This document shows positions 56,122-64,000 of a DNA stretch of 64,000 nucleotides, piece by piece. Numbering within the stretch: position 1 is the first letter of the stretch; every line of letters starts with the position of its first letter. A model generated the notes under the pieces. It searched no databases and was not told the DNA's origin. It saw nothing but the letters and a program-made list of their open reading frames with translations. The stretch comes from Flectonema sp. DT1601. Taxonomy: Eukaryota. The translations under genes and the position numbers were made by a program. Location of the stretch: NCBI GenBank assembly GCA_964019425.1, contig OZ025799.1, positions 744,001 to 808,000 on the forward strand. Direction: 5' to 3'.

Positions 56122-57921
56122 CTACTTCTTCTCAGCAGTCTCATCGTCCTCGAATATGAAGTCAGGAGTCTTCGGTTCCTCAAGACTGGATCTGAACTTC
56201 TTCGGTCTCGATGACGGAACTTCAGTACCGGCTTCATCGTGAGCTTCCTTCTTCGCAGCCTTGAACTGGTCCTCAGTCACTCCCTTGCTCATGATACCAG
56301 TTGAAGTCAGACTGTTAACCAAACCAGACTGGTAGTCAACAACAGCAGCACCAGACCACTTCTGGTGAGTCAGCGTCTCAACATCGTGTGTACGTTCCTC
56401 ACGCTGGATACGCTCAACGTAAGCACGCATACCACGCTGGGCGTAGTCCTTCGTGAACGTGTCAACCATCAAAGCGTTCGAGTGGAAACCAGCGAGTGTG
56501 CAGAACTGCCAAACGAATCCGAAGCGCCCAATGTCACGAGTGAAGTTCGCCATCTCGTCGTCACTCAATCCAGCGACATCCCAGTTGAATGAAGGCGAAA
56601 GGTTGTATGCGAGGAATTGCTTTGGGAACTCAGCGTGGATTCCGGCAGCGAACTGGCTCGCCTGCTTCACGTTCGGTGTGTCGGTCTCCATCCAAAGCAA
56701 GTCAGCGTGAGGAGCAAAAGCCTTAGCACGCTGAATGCAGAAGTCCATTCCAGACAAAACACGGTAGTATCCCTCCCGAGTACGAGGCTTGTACCATGAC
56801 CAGTACAATTCCGCTCCAAGGTCCTTAGCCAACTCACGTGACTCCATGTGTGACAACTGCTTGTAGTTGTCATCCCACACCTTCAGCATCTCCTCGATAC
56901 TCTTGTCACGCTTTGGCAAGTTCTTCAATTCCTCAGTCACCGCCTCACCGAAAGTCATGATGTTCGCCTGCTCTCCCCACTTGGTCTGTGCCTCCATCAT
57001 CTGCTCAGGTGATGCCTGGCTCTTCTCAAGGTCACGCAACATGTCCACGAGGTTCGGGATCTCCTTGTTTCTCGTTCCCATGATGAAAGGGTGGTCACGT
57101 GGGTCGATGTTGTTGTCAAGGAAATTAGCAGACTCCGCATCAGTTCTCGCAACAACAAGGGTCTCAGTTCCCATCACATCGCATTGCAGACGAGCAGCCT
57201 TCAGACGGTCAACGTGTTCCTGGGTGGAAACCAAAACCTTTCCTCCCATGTGACCACACTTCTTAGTTCCAGCCTTCTGATCCTCCAAGTGAACTCCAGC
57301 AGCTCCAGCCTCTACGAAGAGCTTCACCAACTTCATCAAAGCAGAGATCCCACCGTGTCCAGTGTCTCCGTCAGCAATGATTGGAGGGAAGAAGTCGACA
57401 GGTGGAGTCGCAAGACGCTCTTCCTCAGTCATGTTCGAACGCTCAAGAGCCTGCTTGCGGTTGTGGAACATCAGAGCACGGAACAACTGATCAGCCTTGT
57501 TTGGCACGGTGTCCATCGGGTAATCAGCAAGATCAGGACCCGGCTCGTTGGTCGTCGAGCAAGTCGACGATGATTGCCAACCACTCACGTAGATGGTCTC
57601 CAAGTACTTCGCCATCTGAGTAACTTGAACAGGGTCAGTACATCCAAAGGTCCACGAGGCCTTGCTCGTGTCCCAGTTGTTTTGGAACAACTTCCATGCT
57701 TTCTTAGCAGACTCGTTGGCAAGATGGTATCTCTTGTGAGTCTCAGGGAACGTTCCACGAAGCTTCGCAACATCAGCTCCAGTGTAACCTCTGTTGATGG
57801 TGGCGAATCTCTCGCTTCCGAACCACTCCTGAAGCTTTGCAGCGTCCTCAGCCATCGCCAAACCCTCCGGATCTTTACCGAAGCTGTGAATGGCCCTGCG
57901 GAGTGTGTTGTTGCGCATCAT
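56122..57921 (-). CDS. ICL: Isocitrate lyase copy 5
   Basis: Same motifs; start MMRNNT at 57921. Confidence 0.96.
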   Translation of the reverse strand: MMRNNTLRRAIHSFGKDPEGLAMAEDAAKLQEWFGSERFATINRGYTGADVAKLRGTFPETHKRYHLANESAKKAWKLFQNNWDTSKASWTFGCTDPVQVTQMAKYLETIYVSGWQSSSTCSTTNEPGPDLADYPMDTVPNKADQLFRALMFHNRKQALERSNMTEEERLATPPVDFFPPIIADGDTGHGGISALMKLVKLFVEAGAAGVHLEDQKAGTKKCGHMGGKVLVSTQEHVDRLKAARLQCDVMGTETLVVARTDAESANFLDNNIDPRDHPFIMGTRNKEIPNLVDMLRDLEKSQASPEQMMEAQTKWGEQANIMTFGEAVTEELKNLPKRDKSIEEMLKVWDDNYKQLSHMESRELAKDLGAELYWSWYKPRTREGYYRVLSGMDFCIQRAKAFAPHADLLWMETDTPNVKQASQFAAGIHAEFPKQFLAYNLSPSFNWDVAGLSDDEMANFTRDIGRFGFVWQFCTLAGFHSNALMVDTFTKDYAQRGMRAYVERIQREERTHDVETLTHQKWSGAAVVDYQSGLVNSLTSTGIMSKGVTEDQFKAAKKEAHDEAGTEVPSSRPKKFRSSLEEPKTPDFIFEDDETAEKK

Positions 57922-58581
57922 TTTTATAAGATTACGAAGTATATGTAAACTGATTTGGGTGAGAATAGAGAAACTGACATCCTTCAAAACTACGAATACC
58001 CAAACACAATCAAAGTAAAAGGAAACATCTGTTAAAGTTAATCATATTTAAGATGTAGTGTGAGATCCTGACAGTGAGGATAATAATAATACAGCAGCTC
58101 TACTTCTCAGGTATTGACAACACACTAATCAACTGTGCGACTACAGTACTACGTTCCGTGTAAAGAAGAACAACAAAAAGAACTGCCCGAACCTTTTTTA
58201 ATTGAACAACATTGTCCCAACAAATGAAAGCGATCGATAAAAAGAAGCACAGAGCCACCACAAGAGAGAAGATTGAAAAGAGAACAAATAAAAAATAGCA
58301 AAGCCGCAGCAGTATTGTCGTCTAACAACTAATATTGCGCCGAGCGATAAAGAGAATAAAATAAAGTGCCTCTCCAAGCAAGGAAGCAGACAAGTTACCT
58401 AGAAAACAGTGGGTGAAGGCCCACACACCTCTAGCAACTTTTTTTCGAAGCACACATGATTTCTTATAACCAAATTTATATGAATAAATAAAATACAAAA
58501 AAAAATAGAATTCCAGCAGACAAAGAAAAGTAAAAGAACTGTACTAGCATGTGGTTTCTTCCCGGCATCTTCGCTTCGGCG

Positions 58582-58613
<32 letters not shown>

Positions 58614-58959
58614 AGTATTACGCACACGATATTGTGACAATAAAAATATTTAAAAAAAAAACAAAGTTTCCCTCATCTTCTTTTTTTTTTTTTTTTCCCC
58701 TCTCTCTTTTTTTCCCTTCAGCAAGTCTAGCTTTTTGCTTCTTGGTATCCACCACAGAGATGTTTAATTATTTACGTTTATATCGCTAGATATAAAAAGC
58801 AACGTCATTTTATTAAGTACATGACGAGGCATAGATCGTCTGTGAGTCTGTTTTTTTTTTTTTTTTTAAATAATTGATTAGCTCACCTTAAATATATCGT
58901 TATTGCCCTTGAGAAGCAAATACATACCTGCCTATAACCAACGGCTATTATGCAATAGT

Positions 58960-61637
58960 TTATTCAGGCTTCTTTTGCTCAAATTGTGGTTTTGCGTTTC
59001 CCGGTCTTCTGTGAATCTGTATTTTTTTTTTTTTTTTTCTTTTTTAGAAAGAGGTAGACGACGTTATTAGATTTTTTAATGAAATACCTTGTTTGCTTTC
59101 CAGTCAAGACAACGCTGAACATCAATTAAATCGACTCCCATAATGACACAACGAACGAAAGCGAAATAAATCACATCAGCTGCTTCAAAGGCGCAGTTGT
59201 CAGCGTTGGGTGATTCAATAAGTTCAGTTGCCTCTTCGAGTAGCTTTGCTTTTAGTAAAGCCGGATCTTCAAATAGTCTCTTGGTGTAGGACCCAGCAGG
59301 AGCAGCAGCCTTTCGCTGTTGTAATGTTTGAATTAATTTATCAAATCCGGTAGCAGGTCCAAAGCAACTCTGCTGGTGACGATGACAGAAACCACTTCCT
59401 GTTTGCTTTACTGTAAACATTAAGCAATCTCTATCACAATCGAGTGTGATGCTAACAAGTTGTTGAACGTCACCTGAGGACTCACCTTTGACCCAAAGTC
59501 CTCTAGTTCTCGACCAGTAGATCCCACGTTTTCTTCTTATCGCTTCTTGAATTGATTTGATATTTGAGTAACACATTCCCAACGCTCTACCATTGTTGTT
59601 ATCGACAACAACTGTTGGATATAATCCGTCAACTCTGTCTGTTTTAATGATGGCGGTTACCGCAGCAGATAGAGGAAGCTTTCCTTTTTCAATAACACCG
59701 TCACTCTCGACACCAGTGAGGATATTTGACGGGATTAAACACTCAATACCCATCTCATCGAGGACTGCTATTTCTTGTTCATTATTAATAGGGCCAGCCA
59801 CTGTTAAGCTTGCCTTTGATGCCTTGCAAACAGCAACCAGTTTCATGACAAGAGCTAAGTCAAGTCCAGGAGACTGCGGTTCAACAAACGTAACTTGAAA
59901 ATGACCAGCAGTGTCACATAAATCTGATATGACTTTTGAAATTGGATTTCCTTGAGAAGTTTTCCAAACTCCAACTTCGTTTTCATTTCCTGAATGAAAT
60001 ATAGCATCAATCGCCACGATAACTCTCTCTCTCGGTAGAGCTGATAAGAAGTCTCTGGTTGCCATGCTTCCGATTATCACCTTTGATGCTCCGTCGTTTA
60101 AAATATTTTGAGCATCTTCAATCTTTTTAATACCACCACCAAATCTGATTTGATGCTTTTTAAACAAACTCTTCATAATCTCTCTAGTTCCAGAGTTCAG
60201 ACCAAGAGATGCGTCGACGTCGATGACAGCGACTTCACCAACAACTGCGTGATCCTCAATCGATTTAATGACGTTCTTACCATCAACAAGTCCATTAGTA
60301 ACAGCAAGACTAGGAATGACGCAGTGAATGTTTGTTGAGCTGTACTGCATTCCAGATGGGTTAACTCTGGTGTTGATTCTTGATGTAAGCAGACTTCCTT
60401 TTACCTTAGCAGGAGGTGCCCCACATTCCAACGGAAATCTAACGAAGTTCGATGCTGGGCATTGTTCAGCGAGTGAAATCATTGTTGACACTTTAATAGT
60501 TTGCGTTGCGATCCAAATTTCATTGTGAGTCTCATGCAATGTTGAGATACCCTCAGATATACTTCCTGCTAGAGAATCGTCTGTGCAGGATATGTTTAGC
60601 ATAATCCCACAATTCGAAGGGGTCGAACCTATCAGTTGTTTAACGTTTTGAGGTGAAATGTCATCTTTATCTCCAACCTTCCATCCTGAAGAAGTGATTA
60701 AGACATCAATAAGACAAAGAACTGATCGGCTATCAAGTTCTGTTATGATTTTTTGAAAATTGTCTGTTGATTGATTTATTATAACCCTTGAGACTCCTAA
60801 TTCTAATTGTTTCTCAGCGGATTCTAAACTGTATGCTTGAGTCAAAACCGGAATAGCACATTTAGCAGAGCAAGCTTCAGCAATTTGATTTATGTTATCC
60901 TGAGAAGATAAGTCAGTTCCCAAGATAACAATGTGATCAGAACCACATGCTTCCCATGCAGATGGAAGATCACAAGAAGCAATATTCGCTGCGGGGATGC
61001 TATCAGCTGTTCCTACAGAAGCTCCTTCTTGTGAAACCGAAACCAAACTGCTAACATGAACCGTTTTATCCTTCTTAACACTAACATCTGGTAGCGGTGA
61101 GTACTTCAACCATCTGCTTAGGACTGCTCTTCCAAAAGAAGAGGAAAGTTCAGGTTGGAATTGAAGAGCACAAACAGGTCCCTTTTCAAGACTTCCAATA
61201 ATATTCTTATTATCAGCAGTCGTCCATGTTGCAGACCATCCGAGTGGGATTGCTCTAAGACATTCCTTCGTGGGAGATGTGAAATAAGCATCTCCAGACT
61301 TCACAAATCTGCATCGAGTGTCTGCTTCGATTGAAAGCCATTTGTGAGAATGTTGTTGTTCGTTGATTGCGACTGTCTCAACTCCAATGTTTTGAATAAT
61401 ATCCCGAAGGGTTCCCATTCCAAGAATTAAAGTTGGTTTACTTCCTTCTTCAATTCGTTTCTTTATAGCATCTCTAGTCTCTGAATTAGTAACCTTCTTG
61501 GCAACAATCAGATGAGAGATTTCACTCAAATTGGAACTGTCTTCTATTTCAACAACCTCCTCCGCTCCAGCTAGTTTCAAACCAGAAGTTAGCCCGGTGG
61601 TTAGCGTCCCAATGACGCCAACTTCTCTGCTGGTCAT
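58960..61637 (-). CDS. Histidine biosynthesis multidomain fusion: HisH-like + HisF-like + HisA-like + HisI + HisE (exons 61637-59088, 59016-58960; 868 aa)
   Basis: GATase-like CALQFQPELS. Barrel motifs GSDHIVIL / GVSRVIIN and IRFGGGIK / GASKVIIGS / VAIDA. HisI YWSRTRGLWVKGESSG...LDCDRDCL...FCH...SCF. HisE GSYTKRLF...KLLEEATEL...EAADVIYF. Intron 59087-59017 restores a His4-like end K-IHRRPGNAKPQFEQKKPE*. Confidence 0.85.
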
Positions 61638-61690
61638 TTTCTTTATTTCTTAGTGAATCACTTGTTCTGTATTAAGATATCGACTGATAT

Positions 61691-61734
61691 AACGTATAGC
61701 TGATTAAAGAACGTATAGCTGATTAAAGAACGTA
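61691..61734. repeat. 19-bp tandem repeat (AACGTATAGCTGATTAAAG x2.3)
   Basis: Units at 61691-61709 and 61710-61728, partial at 61729-61734. Confidence 0.95.
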
Positions 61735-61974
61735 CTTCACAACAACATGTAATAACCATCTGTAATGTAAATAAGATAAGCAAACCTCTCACATCACATT
61801 ACAAGATTGTGTGCAAACCGACTGATATCTACCTCGCTTTAGAAAACGTGGTCGTGAAGTAGAAACAAAACAATAAAATCAGGGAAAATGGAGGGGAGGT
61901 GACAAAAACACTTTCTTACTGATTAGTCCCAAGAGAGACTATATAAATTTTTCATTAAAAAAAAAGCATCAACT

Positions 61975-64000
61975 TCAAGAAGAAAGCTCTCTTTGGAGGG
62001 TGTTGATTTGTCTGGTTTGGATAAAGTTGACTGATTTCGGTGCCATCTCTGCCATGTGAGATTTTAAGAATGCCTTGGCAGCATTGATGACAGATTCTTC
62101 ACTACCAACTAACTTAATGACGAGATCCTTTGGTACGCTGTACTGTTCAACATCACTGTCTTCAGAGTCGCTATCGGTGTCGTCGTGTTCTTCGTTGTCT
62201 TCTTCGATTTCTTCATCTTCTTCTGAATCAATGAGATCTGAGAGTAAGTCATCTTCCTCATCGTTGTATTCAATTACGTGAATAAACATTTTAGCCACAG
62301 CAATGTACATTGCTAATTTAGAATCAATTTTTATTTTTTTATCAAGACTAACAGTGCTCTGCTCAATTTCAAATGAAGCATAGTCACCCTGACCAACAAC
62401 AACAAGAAGACCAGCTAAAAGTAAAACTAACTCGTGTTTGCATCCAAAAAAAAATGGAAGCTGAGTCAACCACGGAGTGAGGATTTCAGCAGCTCTCGGT
62501 TTTATAAATTGAATCATATCAGAGGGTTGTTTAATTGCCATTCCGCATATTGGAATTAAAAGTTCCTGAACGATTAAAGAGGTTCTCGCCGATGATATCC
62601 TTGCTACCACCATTGATAACAATCCACTGACAGTGTCAATTCCAATTTGATCACCCGCACATGTTATTAAGTCTAATACAAGTTTTCCTGAATGCTGTAA
62701 CTCATTCTCACCAACATCCTCACCACCTAATGTCATTTGCATAATATCTAAACAGACCTTTAGAGCAGGGGTACCATTGACCATTGTGTTCATTAGGTCA
62801 TTTCCACCAACTCTTTTTGAAATTGTTCTTAAACACAATGAAATAGATGCAGTTGCTTGATGTGCTTGTGCTAATCCTTTGAAAGTAGTCAAACAGGTCA
62901 CCACAACCTGATGAAGTAATTCCATACTTCCCTTCTTTGCGATGTGATATAACAACCTAACAGCACTTGATATAAGACCTGGATACTGTGATGACAGCTG
63001 TGGTGCTTGAGTAGTTAAAAAAACTGCTAAATAGTTAACTGCTTCAGACAGAGATGCCGTAGCGGTTTCATTTCCTGTAATTTGACTAAACATATCCTCA
63101 ATTGATTCAAGCATAAAACAGTCAGTGTGGTATTGTTGCCATAATTTCATCATATCTAATGGAAGGCTTGCGACAGGAACTGTTTTATTTTTATGAACGA
63201 TAAGAGCCAAGCTTTCAATACTTAAACTCAACAGTTCTTTAGTAGAACTCTTACTGAGACCAATACCAACACTGCAGTCTTGTGCAGCAGCTAATCGTAT
63301 ATCATTGGTGATGCTTGCTACAACAGATGTAATGCTTTGGTTGACAATGTCATCTGTGACTCCGGAAACTGATGCGTCAGTTGACTCAAAATATACCATT
63401 GTTGGTACATAACATTTAATCGCATGAACATAAACAACTTTATGTGTGGTTTCAGATGTTATGACTTTTGTTAACATTTGTAAAAATGCTCCTGGAACAG
63501 CAACACTCTCTAATTGTCTAATTGACTCACTGACTAACCAAAAACATCTCGCAGCTAGTAACGGATGGACGTTTGGTATCGACAAGATTCTTTCAACGAC
63601 GTCAAAGACATGTCGGATTGTGAAACCACAAGCAGCGAGTACTTTTGGTTTGATGTACGTCGTCTGTAATGCGAGTAAAGCTCCTTCAGTTAGAAACTGA
63701 TCAGCATCAGGTTTGGCAAAAATATTTTGACAAACCATCAACAGTCCTCCAAGAGAATCTTTTGACATACTTTGATGAAGTTTTTCAAGAACCATTGCTG
63801 CTGTTTCACGAGTAGTGCATGACCAACCATCTTCAAGTTGTATTTCAGATTCAGCATACTTTCCTGGGTCGTCCATGAAATCTTGAACTTCTTCTTCTGT
63901 CATTTTACACATCTGAGTAAGTAGTTGAAAAATACTTTGAAATCCATTTGGGATTCCCTTAACGTGTGTTCTGTAAGCTGCTTTTCCCATGAGTGATTTT
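61975..64000 (-). CDS. Importin-beta family HEAT-repeat protein (importin-9-like), 3' part, frame open to window end
   Basis: Helical repeats, EEEVQDFMDDPGKYAESE...TTRETAAMVL, HPLLAARCFWLVS and an acidic C-terminal loop. Confidence 0.7.
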   Translation of the reverse strand, partial: KSLMGKAAYRTHVKGIPNGFQSIFQLLTQMCKMTEEEVQDFMDDPGKYAESEIQLEDGWSCTTRETAAMVLEKLHQSMSKDSLGGLLMVCQNIFAKPDADQFLTEGALLALQTTYIKPKVLAACGFTIRHVFDVVERILSIPNVHPLLAARCFWLVSESIRQLESVAVPGAFLQMLTKVITSETTHKVVYVHAIKCYVPTMVYFESTDASVSGVTDDIVNQSITSVVASITNDIRLAAAQDCSVGIGLSKSSTKELLSLSIESLALIVHKNKTVPVASLPLDMMKLWQQYHTDCFMLESIEDMFSQITGNETATASLSEAVNYLAVFLTTQAPQLSSQYPGLISSAVRLLYHIAKKGSMELLHQVVVTCLTTFKGLAQAHQATASISLCLRTISKRVGGNDLMNTMVNGTPALKVCLDIMQMTLGGEDVGENELQHSGKLVLDLITCAGDQIGIDTVSGLLSMVVARISSARTSLIVQELLIPICGMAIKQPSDMIQFIKPRAAEILTPWLTQLPFFFGCKHELVLLLAGLLVVVGQGDYASFEIEQSTVSLDKKIKIDSKLAMYIAVAKMFIHVIEYNDEEDDLLSDLIDSEEDEEIEEDNEEHDDTDSDSEDSDVEQYSVPKDLVIKLVGSEESVINAAKAFLKSHMAEMAPKSVNFIQTRQINTLQRELSS

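Larger units (their letters stand above)
46026..58010. repeat. Five-copy tandem ICL array, period about 2.5 kb
   Basis: CDS ends at 46026, 48535, 51124, 53620 and 56122. Spacers 47826-48534 and 55420-56121 are near-identical. Confidence 0.97.

Noticed and set aside
13708..57921. Lipid-utilisation cluster (AGMO, desaturase, ICL)
   Set aside because: The genes are separated by many unrelated ones, so there is no evidence beyond chance co-location.
46269..57948. Recurrent plus-strand ORFs (60-160 aa) inside each ICL copy
   Set aside because: Antisense shadows of a codon-biased CDS, repeated only because the gene is repeated.
61691..61734. CRISPR-like repeat
   Set aside because: Direct tandem units with no spacers, in a eukaryotic context.

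Overview
AT-rich eukaryotic DNA with long poly(A)/poly(T) tracts. All 27 credible genes lie on the minus strand in one uninterrupted directional cluster, most are intronless, and a few carry short (61-80 nt) GT-AG introns that I rebuilt by hand. This organisation, plus a kinetoplastid/diplonemid-style membrane adenylyl cyclase and IFT46, suggests a flagellated euglenozoan, most likely a diplonemid (inference). Genes in order: a partial secreted beta-helix protein of bacterial appearance, a GAS2/GAR-like coiled-coil protein, NDOR1, a Kelch protein, a membrane RBR E3 ligase, a PDZ protein, two tandem AGMO-like hydroxylases, IFT46, a histidine phosphatase, an adenylyl cyclase, an EF-hand/CNBD K+ channel, an EF-hand protein, a hypothetical protein, an LRR protein, a receptor pseudokinase, a front-end fatty-acid desaturase, a small putative mitochondrial protein, five tandem isocitrate lyases, a five-module histidine-biosynthesis fusion and a partial importin-9-like gene. 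Highlights: (1) the HisH-HisF-HisA-HisI-HisE fusion, whose first three modules look catalytically eroded; (2) cis-introns with A-rich 3' ends, contrasting with U-rich putative trans-splice acceptors; (3) the mitochondrial-type ICL array with mosaic UTRs; (4) an IBR domain split by a transmembrane hairpin; (5) the likely horizontally acquired beta-helix gene. No database searches were run, so family calls come from motif recognition.
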